From NCBI GenBank assembly GCA_963750935.1, contig CAVVSR010000018.1, forward strand, positions 261,234 through 325,233: DNA of 64,000 bases. The letters run 5' to 3'. This DNA is from an uncultured Acidobacteriota bacterium. Its GTDB lineage: Bacteria > Acidobacteriota > Vicinamibacteria > Vicinamibacterales > 2-12-FULL-66-21. The translations under genes and the position numbers were made by a program. Below the pieces are notes generated by a model, which searched no databases, was not told the DNA's origin, and saw only the letters and a list, made by a program, of their open reading frames with translations. Shown piece by piece: positions 16,957 to 26,503 of this stretch (positions are counted from its first letter, which is position 1; the number at the start of each line of letters is the position of its first letter).

Positions 16957-17615
16957 TGCCCGTTGACCATGCGATAGCCGAGGCCGCGCACCGTCTCGAT
17001 GTGCGACGCGCCAACCTTGCGCCGCAGCCGCGCGATGAAGACTTCGACGGTGTTCGAGTCGCGATCCAGATCCTGGGAGTAGATGTGTTGACTCAGCTCA
17101 GATTGCGACACCACGCGGTCGCGATGATGCATGAGGTATGCGAGCACGCGGTACTCGTGGCTGGTGAGCTTGACCGGAGCGCCCGCGACCGTGACTTTCG
17201 CGGAGCGCGGATCCAGCGTCAGCGCGCCGCAGCGCAGTTCGGCGCCCATCTGCCCGCTGGCGCGGCGGATCAGCGCGCGCAGACGCGCCAGGACCTCCTC
17301 GATCCGGAACGGCTTCGCGACGTAATCGTCGGCGCCGCCGTCGATGCCCTGGACCTTCTCGTGCCAGCTGCCGCGCGCGGTGAGCACGAGCACCGGCACC
17401 GAGAGCCCGGCCTCGCGCCAGCGGCGCAGGACGGTGAGCCCGTCGACGCGAGGAAGCCCGAGGTCGAGCACCACGGCATCGTAGTGCTCGGTCTGCCCGA
17501 GGAAATCCGCGCGTTCGCCGTCCGCCGCGCAATCGACGGCGTAGCCGGCCTCGCCGAGCGCCGCCGACAGCTGTCGGGACAGCGCCGCTTCGTCTTCCAC
17601 CAGCAGAACGCGCAC
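16953..17615 (-). CDS. OmpR-family response regulator
   Basis: 220 aa. The receiver shows MRVLLVEDE...DAVVLDLGLPRVDG, and the winged-helix output shows LTSHEYRVLAYLM...IETVRGLGYRM. Confidence 0.93.
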   Translation of the reverse strand: MRVLLVEDEAALSRQLSAALGEAGYAVDCAADGERADFLGQTEHYDAVVLDLGLPRVDGLTVLRRWREAGLSVPVLVLTARGSWHEKVQGIDGGADDYVAKPFRIEEVLARLRALIRRASGQMGAELRCGALTLDPRSAKVTVAGAPVKLTSHEYRVLAYLMHHRDRVVSQSELSQHIYSQDLDRDSNTVEVFIARLRRKVGASHIETVRGLGYRMVNGQ

Positions 17616-17767
17616 GCATCAGTTATAGCCCAGAGGGCCTGAATGAAAGATGAACGCAACAAAAAGTCAGAAGGAAAAAGGGAAAAGTCAAAAAATTCAG
17701 ACATGTCGCATTTGTTCAAGTCCCCGGCGGCGGCACACGCTAGAGTTACGCGACAACGGAGGACGGG

Positions 17768-18766
17768 ATGCGGAAGGTCGCGTGGGGTGCCGTGCTGGTG
17801 TGCTCGATGCTCGCCACCAGCGGGCAGGGGCAGCAGAAACCGGATCTGACCGGGTCGTGGATGGCGACGACCGAGGCGCCGGGCGGCGTGGCGGCGGCGC
17901 CGAACGCCGTCTTCGGTCCGCGTCTCTGGTTGAAGCAGGATGGCAACACGCTCACCGTGACGCGTCCCGTGCGCGACGCCAGCGTCACCGCGACCTATCC
18001 CCTCGACGGCAGCGAGGTCCGGACGCGGATCCCCGGCGCGCTCTGTGTCGGCGACGCGGAATCGTTCGAGACGGCCGCCTGGGACGGGACCGGCATCGCT
18101 TTCACGGTCGTCGGTTCGATCCCGCCAGGCGGGACGCGCTCGACGCTCAGCGTCCGGCGGGTGTTGCGACTGCAGTCGCCCGATGCCCTCGTCATCGAGG
18201 CCACGATACGCGACGCGGCGCAGGGCACGTCACGCCAGGTCGGAACCGTCTACAAGCGCACCAGCGAGCCCGCGCCTGCGGCCCCGGACCCCGGCCCCAA
18301 GGTGCAGAAAGCGCCCGCGACGGTGGCGCAGGTCGCGTGGATTTCCGGCGTGTGGTCGGGAGCTGCCGGCACCGCGACGGTCGAAGAGCGGTGGACGCCC
18401 GCGGCCGGCGGAGCCATGCTGGCCACGGCCCGCACGCTGCGCGGTCCGGTCATGTCCAGCTTCGAGTTCCTGTGCATCGCCGAGCGCGATGGCAGCCTCG
18501 TCTACAGCGCGATGCCGAACGGCCGGAGTCCCGCCACGCATTTCGCCCTGACCGCGGTCAGCGCCGACAGCGCGACGTTCGAGAATCCCGGCCATGACTT
18601 CCCGAAGCTGATTCGCTACGCGCGCCGCGCCGACGGCTCCCTGGAAACCACGATCAGCGGCGACGGAAAATCCAAGCCCCAGACCTTCGTGCTGGCGCGC
18701 CAGCCCTCAGTCTCCCTGGAAGCACGACCCGGTCGCGCGCCCGGTCCGATCAGCGGTGGTCGATGA
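17768..18766 (+). CDS. Secreted hypothetical protein with two beta-rich domains (the C-terminal half resembles a DUF6265-type domain; tentative)
   Basis: 332-aa ORF with the signal peptide MRKVAWGAVLVCSMLATSGQG. Composition is coding-like. No catalytic motif was recognised. Confidence 0.7.
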   Translation: MRKVAWGAVLVCSMLATSGQGQQKPDLTGSWMATTEAPGGVAAAPNAVFGPRLWLKQDGNTLTVTRPVRDASVTATYPLDGSEVRTRIPGALCVGDAESFETAAWDGTGIAFTVVGSIPPGGTRSTLSVRRVLRLQSPDALVIEATIRDAAQGTSRQVGTVYKRTSEPAPAAPDPGPKVQKAPATVAQVAWISGVWSGAAGTATVEERWTPAAGGAMLATARTLRGPVMSSFEFLCIAERDGSLVYSAMPNGRSPATHFALTAVSADSATFENPGHDFPKLIRYARRADGSLETTISGDGKSKPQTFVLARQPSVSLEARPGRAPGPISGGR

Positions 18767-19565
18767 AGAAGCCGGTCAGCTGGCCGCGCTGCAGCAGGTG
18801 CTGCGACGGCGAGCATCCGGCGAGACGCCTGAAGTCGCGGATGAAGTGCGACTGGTCGGCATAGCCGCACGCGGCCGCGGTGTCGGCGCCGCCCCGCGCC
18901 GGATCGTCCGGCTGCTGCAGCAGGCGCAGGGCCTGCTGAAACCGCGTGATCCGCGCCAGCCGCTTCGGCGTCGTGCCGACGTCCTGCAGGAAGCGGCGCT
19001 CGAGATGCCGGCTGGTCATGTTCACCGCGCGCGCGAGCGCGTCCACCGTAACCAGTCCGCCGGTGCGCTCGATCGTCGCCACCGCGGCGCGCACGCGGAC
19101 ATCGAGCCGGCCTGGCTGGATGAGCCGCACGAGCACCCGCTGGACGGCGTCGGCTGCCGCCGGCAGACCGCCGCGGATCTCGATCTCCGACAGCGCCCGT
19201 GAGACGCGCGCCGACAACGTCTCGACGCCAATCGTCAGCCCCGCGAGCTCGTGCTGCGGCATCGGCAGCACGCACGCCGCGCCGTGCGGGTGGAACCGCA
19301 CGCCAAGCACCGCCACCTGCCCGGTCGGCCGGAGCAGCAGCTGCGACGTCAGCTGCCCGGCGAAGATGACCGACGCCTGCCGCTCGGCGCGGCCCGCCGC
19401 ATCGACCCGATCGAACCGATCGCCGAAATGGAGGATCAGCTCGGGCCGCCCGTCCGGCAGCACCGGATCCGGATCGACGATGCCGGAGCCGTCGCCTTGC
19501 AGGGTCCACAGGCACTGAACCACCCCGGCGAGGGCGGGAATCGGCGCAACTTCGCAGTAGTGCAC
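18750..19565 (-). CDS. AraC-family transcriptional regulator
   Basis: 271 aa with a GTG start. The C-terminal double HTH shows RHLERRFLQDVGTTPKRLARITRFQQAL...CGYADQSHFIRDFRRLAGCSP. Confidence 0.88.
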   Translation of the reverse strand: MHYCEVAPIPALAGVVQCLWTLQGDGSGIVDPDPVLPDGRPELILHFGDRFDRVDAAGRAERQASVIFAGQLTSQLLLRPTGQVAVLGVRFHPHGAACVLPMPQHELAGLTIGVETLSARVSRALSEIEIRGGLPAAADAVQRVLVRLIQPGRLDVRVRAAVATIERTGGLVTVDALARAVNMTSRHLERRFLQDVGTTPKRLARITRFQQALRLLQQPDDPARGGADTAAACGYADQSHFIRDFRRLAGCSPSQHLLQRGQLTGFFIDHR

Positions 19566-19625
19566 GAGAAGACCTTACCTCTTTCCCTTTTTCCTTTCCT
19601 CCTTCTGACTTCTGACTTCTGATGA

Positions 19626-19757
19626 AGCTTAACGTCAATCGACATCCCGGTGTTCGCCGGCGTCCCCGCGCTGCTGCTGGCGGTCTCCGCCTTCGCCAGC
19701 TGGCTGCCCGCCCGCCGCGCCAGCCGCATCGATCCGATGGGCGCGCTCAGGGAGTAA
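19626..19757 (+). pseudogene. Remnant of the extreme C-terminus of an ADOP/FtsX permease (last TM helix only)
   Basis: Not in the ORF track. The frame from 19641 reads DIPVFAGVPALLLAVSAFASWLPARRASRIDPMGALRE*, matching the conserved ...IPARRA-R-DP--ALR-E end of the intact permeases in this window. There is no start codon and a stop lies at 19623-19625. Confidence 0.7.
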
Positions 19758-19916
19758 TCGCGTCGGGATCGGGACTCGTGCGCACGAGTCGGGAGTCACG
19801 TGCCGGAGTCGGTTGGCGTTCGGGCGCTGATCGGTGATCGCGTTCCGCTGATCACCGATCACTGCTCACCGATCACGACCACCGACTTCCCCATTCCCTG
19901 ATAAGTTACGGACAGC

Positions 19917-20966
19917 ATGAAGACTCATCCCGCCGTCGTCCATTACGCCCTCGAACCACATGCCGTCGAGCTCCGGGAGGTGGCCGTTCCCGAGGTTGGC
20001 GAGGGCGATGTCCTGCTGCAGGTGGGCGGCGTATCGGTCTGCGGCTCGGATGTGCACCAGGCGCACAACACGCATTCGTGGACGGTCAACGTCCCGGTCG
20101 TGCTCGGGCACGAGTTCGGGGGCACGATCGCCAAGGTCGGACCGGGGGTGCGCGGGTTTCGTGAAGGGGACCGCGTGGTCAGCGAGACGGCGGCGCAGAT
20201 CTGCGGCAACTGCCTGCTGTGCCGCAGCGGCCGCTACAACCTGTGTCCGTCGCGCAAGGGGTTCGGCTACGGCCTCGACGGCGCGATGGCGAAGTTCGTG
20301 CGGGTGCCGGCGCGCTGCCTGCACTCGATCCCCGACACGCTGCCGTTCGACATCGCCTGCCTGGCCGAGCCGCATGCGGTCGCCTACCAGACGATGTGCG
20401 TGAACTCGACGATCCGGCCCGGCGACCTCGTCGTCGTGCTCGGGCCCGGTCCGATCGGGTTGCTGTGCGCGAGGATGGCGGCGCTCGCGGGCGCCAATCC
20501 GCTGATCGTCGCCGGCGTGACCGCGGACGCGCCGCGACTCGACGCGGCGCGACGGCTCGGCGCCACGCAGACGGTCGACCTGCTGACCGAGAACCTCGAA
20601 GAGATCGTCCGCGGCCATCGGGCCGAAGGGGCCGACCTGGTCTGCGACGCGACCGGCGCCAGCCAGGCCCTGAACGTCGCGATGCACCTGGCCCGTCCCG
20701 ATGGCCAGATCTCGAAGGTCGGCTGGTCGCCCGACAACATTCCCCTCGACATGAATCCGCTGGTCCTCCGCAACATCCGGCTCCAGGGATCCTTCAGCCA
20801 CAACTACCCGGTCTGGGAGCGCGTCATCCACCTCCTCGACCGCGGCCTGACGATGCCGGAGACGATCGTCGGGATGCGGGCGCCGCTGGAGCGGTGGCGC
20901 GAGGCGTTCGACGCCATGTACGACCGCCGCGTCATCAAGTCGGTCCTGCTGCCCAACGGTTCGTGA
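19917..20966 (+). CDS. Zinc-dependent medium-chain dehydrogenase (sorbitol/threonine dehydrogenase-like)
   Basis: 349 aa. It shows CGSDVH, GHEFGG and the structural-zinc Cys cluster CGNCLLCRSGRYNLC, plus the Rossmann motif VLGPGPIG. Confidence 0.9.
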   Translation: MKTHPAVVHYALEPHAVELREVAVPEVGEGDVLLQVGGVSVCGSDVHQAHNTHSWTVNVPVVLGHEFGGTIAKVGPGVRGFREGDRVVSETAAQICGNCLLCRSGRYNLCPSRKGFGYGLDGAMAKFVRVPARCLHSIPDTLPFDIACLAEPHAVAYQTMCVNSTIRPGDLVVVLGPGPIGLLCARMAALAGANPLIVAGVTADAPRLDAARRLGATQTVDLLTENLEEIVRGHRAEGADLVCDATGASQALNVAMHLARPDGQISKVGWSPDNIPLDMNPLVLRNIRLQGSFSHNYPVWERVIHLLDRGLTMPETIVGMRAPLERWREAFDAMYDRRVIKSVLLPNGS

Positions 20967-20988
20967 GCCGCCGGCCCCGGTCCGGGCC

Positions 20989-22176
20989 ATGACCTCGCGG
21001 CCCGGACGCGTTGTCGCGATCATCTGCCTCGGCGAGATCCTCGGCATGGCGCCGTTCTCGATGTTCCTGGCGGTGCAGACCGAGCTGCGCGACGCCTGGC
21101 AGCTGTCGAACACGGCGACCGGCTGGATCAGCAGCGGCTACTACGCCGGCTACATGATCGCGGTCCCCATCCTCGCCAGCCTGACGGATCGGGTCGATGC
21201 ACGAACGGTCTGGCTCGCGGCCACGTCGCTCGCCGCCGCCGCGGCCGTTGGCTTTGGCGCCGTCGCCGACGGCTTCTGGACGGCGCTGCTGTTCCAGGTG
21301 CTCGCCGGCGCAAGCCTCGCCGGCACCTACATGCCGGGCCTCAAGCTGATGACCGACCGGCTGCGCGCGGTGCCACACCCGCGGCACGTGGCGTTCTACA
21401 CGACGTCGTTCACCATCGGATCGAGCCTCTCGTTCTACTGGGTGGGACAGCTCGTGGAGCAGTTCTCGTGGCGCGCGGCGATCGTCACGCTCGCCGCGGG
21501 GCCGGTGGTGGCATGGGCGCTGGTGTTCTTCCTGATCCAGCCGATGGCGCCACAGCGGGCAGTCGCATCATCAGAGCGCGGCCGCTGGCGCGAAGTGGTG
21601 GGATCGCCGGACGCGCTGCGCTACATCACCGGCTACGCCTGCCACATGTGGGAGCTGTTCGGCGTGCGCGCGTGGCTGGTCCCGTTCCTCACGTTCTGTG
21701 CGGTGCTTCAGGGATCGGGCACGTTCGCCAGCCCGGCGACACTCGCCGCGCTGATCGCGCTCGTCGGCGTGCCGGCGAGCCTTGCGGGCGCGGAGCTGAG
21801 CGCACGCATGGATCGCCGCCGGCTGGTTCTCGTCGTCATGACGCTCTCGGCGACCGCGAGCCTCGCCTTCGCGCTGTCGTCGACGATCGGCTGGCTGGCG
21901 ATCGTCACCGCCGGGATCGTCTACAGCGCGTGCATCAGCGCCGACTCCGCCGCATTGACCGCGGGGATCGTCGCCGTCGCGCCGCCGTCGAGCCGCGGGA
22001 CGGCGATGGCGCTCTACTCGACCGCGGGCTTCGCCGCCGCGTCCGCCGGCTCGGCGGTCGTCGGCATCGTGCTCGACCTCGCGCACGGCGAGTCCGTGTT
22101 CGCATGGACGCTCGCGTTCGCCGTCCTCGGCGCCTCGAACGTCGTCGGCGCGCTGCTCTTCTATCGGAATGGCTGA
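20989..22176 (+). CDS. MFS transporter
   Basis: 395 aa with about 12 TM segments. It lies 22 nt downstream of the dehydrogenase on the same strand. Confidence 0.85.
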   Translation: MTSRPGRVVAIICLGEILGMAPFSMFLAVQTELRDAWQLSNTATGWISSGYYAGYMIAVPILASLTDRVDARTVWLAATSLAAAAAVGFGAVADGFWTALLFQVLAGASLAGTYMPGLKLMTDRLRAVPHPRHVAFYTTSFTIGSSLSFYWVGQLVEQFSWRAAIVTLAAGPVVAWALVFFLIQPMAPQRAVASSERGRWREVVGSPDALRYITGYACHMWELFGVRAWLVPFLTFCAVLQGSGTFASPATLAALIALVGVPASLAGAELSARMDRRRLVLVVMTLSATASLAFALSSTIGWLAIVTAGIVYSACISADSAALTAGIVAVAPPSSRGTAMALYSTAGFAAASAGSAVVGIVLDLAHGESVFAWTLAFAVLGASNVVGALLFYRNG

Positions 22177-22186
22177 CAAGGGAGCT

Positions 22187-22309
22187 AACTCCCAACTTCC
22201 CCAACTCCTCCCATCAACTCCCAAACTCAGAACCTGCAGAACCGGCAGAACCTGCAGAACCTGAAGAACCCGCAGAACCCGTAGAACCCTGTCGAACCGG
22301 TAGAACCTG
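22187..22309. repeat. C-rich motif run (aactccc-type, 22187-22227) followed by nine head-to-tail 9-mers YAGAACCNG (22228-22309)
   Basis: Read directly: cagaacctg cagaaccgg cagaacctg cagaacctg aagaacccg cagaacccg tagaaccct(g) tcgaaccgg tagaacctg. It lies between convergent stop codons. Confidence 0.9.
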
Positions 22310-22310
22310 C

Positions 22311-24726
22311 TTAGTCAGCCAGGGTTTTGAACGGCTCGACCCGAGCCACGCCGCGGGCGGCGATGAGGGCCGCGGCGCCTCCGACGAGCGTGAGCACGGT
22401 TGCTGCCGCGACGGTGAACATCCAGTTGCGCTCACGCAGCTCCGGGATCAGCGCGCCGAGCACTGCACCGGCCAGCGTCGAGAGTACGCAGCCGGCGATC
22501 GCGCCGAGCACGACTGCGTTGAGGCTGGTCCTGGCCACGGTCCACCATACCTGCATCGGACGCCCGCCGAGCGCGAGCCTGATGCCGACCTCGCGCTGGC
22601 GTTCGACGACGTAGCGGGCGGTCACGGCGTAGGTGCCGACCGTCGCCAGCAGGAGGCCGAGCGCGCCGCAGACGGCGACCAGCATCGCCCGGAACCGGTG
22701 TCCGCCGAGCGAGGCGGCGATGAACTCCTGCAGCGTCACGATGTTGCCGAGCGGCTGTTTCTCGTCGACGTCCCAGACCGCCCGCTGGATCGCCTTCACC
22801 GAATCCGACGGCGGCCCCGCCGTCCGCACCACCAGCCCTACCGGCGCCGCCGCATTGCTGGCCTGGAAGTACGGCGAGTACACCGTGTCGCGGAGCGGCT
22901 GATCCAGCCCGACGTCCCGGACGTCGTCGACGACGCCGACGACCACCGACCAGACTTTCGCGGAGGCGCCGCGCTTGATCCGCCGGCCGAGCGGATCCTG
23001 ATCGGCCCAGAAGCGGCGCGCGAAGCTGCGGCTCACGATCGCGACCGCCTGAGACGAGGCGATGTCGTGGCGATCGAACAGGCGGCCGCGGAGCAGGCGG
23101 ATGCCCATCGTTTCGAAGTACCCGGGCGAGACCCGGCGGAACTGTACCGTGTACGGCTGGCCGTCGTCGGTCGGGCGATCCTCGACCTGCACCATCGTCT
23201 GAAAGCTGTTGCCGACGGTGAACGGGTTGAGTGTCGTTCCTGCGGCGACGACCCCCGGGCGTCGCCTGCAGCCGATCGAGCACGCGAGAGACGAACCCGG
23301 CGCGGTCGACCTCGGTCGGCAGGACGGTGGCGGACAGGCGCAGCTGCGCGGTGACGACGTTCGCCGGATCGAACCCGGGATCGAGGCGCGCGGCCTTCTG
23401 CATCGCCGTGACGACGAGCGCACCCGAGGACAGCAGGACGATCGCGAGCACCGTCTGCGCGGCGACGAGGATCAGCCGGACCCGTTCGGCCGCGCCGCCG
23501 CCGATGGTGCGGCGGGTGCCCGCGGCGACCTCGGACGCGAGCGCGGGCGCGGCGACGCGCAGCGCCGGGGCGGCGACCGCCGCCAGCATGACGGCGATCG
23601 CGACCAGGAAGCTGCACGCCGCGACCCGCCAGTCGATCGAGAGCTGCGTGACCGTCAGGGTGGTGGACGGATCGAGCGCCAGCATCGCGGGGACGAGCCA
23701 CGAGGCGCCGACGAGCCCGACGGCGCCGCCGGCTGCCGCGATCAGCAGGCTCTGGACGATCTCCGGCAGCGCCAGGTCCCGCCGCGATCCGCCGAGCGCT
23801 GCCCGGACCGCGAAGTCGCCGCGCCGGGACACGACGTCGGCGAGCGTCAGGTTCGCGAGGTTGGCGACGGCAATCAGCGCGAGCGCGAGAACCGCCGCGA
23901 GCAGCATCTGAATCGCGGCCCGGCGCGATCCGTACTGCGCCTCGCGCAGATCGACGACGCCCATCGTCCAGCCGTTGAGCAGGACGGGGAATTCCCGCCG
24001 CATGCCCTCGAACAGCCCTCCGAGCTCGGAGCGCACCTGGTCGGCGGTGGCGCCAGCGCGGACCTGCACGATCGTCTGCACGGCGTTCAGCAGGGTTGGC
24101 GGCGCCCCCTGCGCGATCGTCAGCGGCGTCCACAGCTCGGTGCTGGTGAACACCGGCTCGAAGCCGCGCGCGGTGACGCCGATGACGGTGTAGACCTCGC
24201 GATCGATGACCAGCGAGCGTCCGAGCACCGACGGGTCTCCGCCGAAGCGGCGCTGCCACAGTCCCTCGCTGAGCACCGCCAGCCGTTGACCGGTCTCGAC
24301 CTCGTGCTCGGAGAAGGTCCGCCCCGCCGCCGTCGAGGCGCCGAGGACGTCGAAGAAACCGGCGGACACGCGCCCGGTCCTGACGGTCTCGGGTTCGCCG
24401 TCGCCGCTGAGCGCGCGATCCGCGACCCAGATTCCCTCGAACCGCTCGAGCGTGGCGGCGCGGCCGCGGAACCGCACGAACTCGAACGGGTCGAGCGGGT
24501 TCGTCTCGGCGAAGTCGGTCGTGCCCGGCGGCTGCAGGAAGACCCGCATCAGGCGGTCGGCCTCGGGAAACGGCAGCTCGCGAAGCAGCGTCGCGTTGGC
24601 GACGGTGAACACCGCGGTCACCGCGGTCACGACCACCGTCACGGTGATGGCACGCCCCAGCGCGAGCCCGGGCCGCCGCGCCAGCGTCCGGAGTGCGATA
24701 CGCAAGTGAGTGGGCATGCCCGCCAC
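22311..24726 (-). pseudogene. ADOP-type duplicated FtsX/MacB-like permease, split by one extra base as assembled
   Basis: ORF 22432..24726 carries the N-terminal half (LRIALRTLARRPG..., first FtsX module) and loses sense after ...RLQATPG. ORF 22311..23423 continues with VVAAGTTLNPFTVGNSF... through to ...ARVEPFKTLAD*. The junction is a C5 run at 23252-23256 (G5 in gene sense). The span length is 3n+1. Confidence 0.88.
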
Positions 24727-24789
24727 GTTACGCGCGATCAGCCGCGCGTCACAGACTCACGCGGGGCGCGGCGGGATGGGTACAGACAG

Positions 24790-24893
24790 CGACGTGCGAG
24801 TGCGCACGTGCGGCTTTTCACGTGCGATGTGCGCACGTTCGCACGTGGCACGTGACACCAGCACGTCGCACTAGCACGCGCCGTAGCACGTAA
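24790..24893. repeat. Cluster of about nine GCACGT/CACGTG motifs
   Basis: Read directly from the sequence. It lies between the MocR stop (24895) and the ADOP permease start (24726). Confidence 0.8.
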
Positions 24894-24894
24894 C

Positions 24895-26328
24895 TCAGAG
24901 CACTTTCGCGATGGCGCGGACCGCGGGCTCCAGTGTCTCCACCGGGTGCCCGCACGCGAGGCGGATGCAGTTCGCGTACTGGCCGCTCGGCGAGAAGATC
25001 GCGCCGGGCAGGATGTGGATGCCGAGCGCGGCGGCCTTGCGCTGGATGTCGAGGCCGTCGTAGCCGTCGGGCAGCTGGATCCAGAGCACGAAGCCGCCTT
25101 CGGGCCGGCTGACGCGGGTGCCGGCCGGGAACAGCGTCAGTACCAGCTGGCGGACCCTCTCGACCGATCGCCACAGCGCCACGCGCAGGTGCTTGAGGTG
25201 CTTGTCGAAGCCGCCCGACTCGAGGAACTCGGCGAGCGCGAGCTGCGGCAGCCGCGCCGGGGCGATGTTGGTGCAGCCCTTCAGCCGCGCGATCTCGGGC
25301 TGCCAGCGGCCGGCGTTCGCCCACCCGAGATTGAACCCGGGCGCCAGGTAGTGGGCGAGCGACGAGCACTGCAGCACGATGCCGGTCTTGTCGAACGCCT
25401 TGAGCGTGCGCGGGCGCTCGCCGCTGAACACCAGGTCGCCGAACGTATCGGCCTCGATGATCGCGATGTCGTGCGCGGTCGCGAACGCGACGATCTCCGC
25501 CTTGTGCGCGTCGGTCACGCAATCGCCCAGCGGGTTGTGGCAGCTCGCGTTGAGAATCATCGCCTTGACGCGGTGCTTCTTCGTCGCCGCCGCCAGCATC
25601 GCCAGGTCGAGCCCGGCATGCGGCACGTGCGGCACTTCGAGCGCCCGCATGTGCAGCGCCTCGAGCGCCTGCAGCATGTCGTAGCAGCCGGGACTCTCGA
25701 CCGCGATCACGTCGCCCGGCCTGGCCACCGCACGCATGCTGAGGTTCAACGCTTCGGTCGACCCCGAGGTGACCACGATGTCGTCGGGCAGGCAGCTGGC
25801 GCCCTGGCGATAGACGAGGCGGGCGATCTGGCGGCGCAGGCGCAGCGCGCCGAGGGGATCTTCGTAGCGCACCGCGTGATCCGAGAACGCCGACAGGGCC
25901 AGCCGGATGGACCGATTGAGCCGGTTCATCGGCAGCAGCGCGGCACTGACGACGGCGGGGCCGAGATCGAGGATGTCGCCGCGCGCCTCGCTTGCCGACG
26001 GCACGTCGCCGAGCCGAACCGCGACCGGCCCGCGCACCCGAGGCGCCACGGTCGGCGGCAGGCCATCCGCCTGAGGCATGCGGCTGACATAGAACCCGGA
26101 CTTCGGACGCGCCCGGACGTAGCCCTGACGTTCCAGCCACGTATAACAGCCGACCGCGGTGGCCACGCTGACGCGATGGGTTTCCCGAAGCTGACGCACC
26201 GATGGCAGGCGATCGCCGACGCGGAGCACGCCGGTCTTCAGCTGACGCTCGAAACCCTTGGCGAGCCTGAGGTACTTCGGGCAGTCGGCCGGCATCGATC
26301 CGTCCCGCGCATCAGCGTCCATCGTCAT
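24895..26328 (-). CDS. MocR/PdxR-type regulator (GntR wHTH fused to a fold-type I aminotransferase-like domain)
   Basis: The N-terminal HTH shows LPSVRQLRETHRVSVATAVGCYTWLERQGYVRARPKSGFYV, followed by a PLP-fold domain of about 360 aa. The start is uncertain (ATGs ending at 26370, 26328 and 26322). Confidence 0.85.
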   Translation of the reverse strand: MTMDADARDGSMPADCPKYLRLAKGFERQLKTGVLRVGDRLPSVRQLRETHRVSVATAVGCYTWLERQGYVRARPKSGFYVSRMPQADGLPPTVAPRVRGPVAVRLGDVPSASEARGDILDLGPAVVSAALLPMNRLNRSIRLALSAFSDHAVRYEDPLGALRLRRQIARLVYRQGASCLPDDIVVTSGSTEALNLSMRAVARPGDVIAVESPGCYDMLQALEALHMRALEVPHVPHAGLDLAMLAAATKKHRVKAMILNASCHNPLGDCVTDAHKAEIVAFATAHDIAIIEADTFGDLVFSGERPRTLKAFDKTGIVLQCSSLAHYLAPGFNLGWANAGRWQPEIARLKGCTNIAPARLPQLALAEFLESGGFDKHLKHLRVALWRSVERVRQLVLTLFPAGTRVSRPEGGFVLWIQLPDGYDGLDIQRKAAALGIHILPGAIFSPSGQYANCIRLACGHPVETLEPAVRAIAKVL

Positions 26329-26503
26329 GTCCGACTGTAGCGGATTTACCGGCGACCGGCACAGGCACAAAAAACCGCGAACCGGCCAGTACAGAATGCG
26401 TGAGGCCGGCGGGTCGGGATCGGCTGGAAGTCGTGGAGGTGCCGCGGGCGGGGTAGCGCGAAGCCGCGCCCCGGACGGGGCGCGGCTCGGTTGTGACGCG
26501 GCG

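Noticed and set aside
21468-24855. ORFs 21468..23354 and 23209..24855 (+), and 23033..24259 (-)
   Set aside because: They are out of frame or antisense to the MFS and ADOP permease genes and have Arg/Pro/Gly-rich translations.
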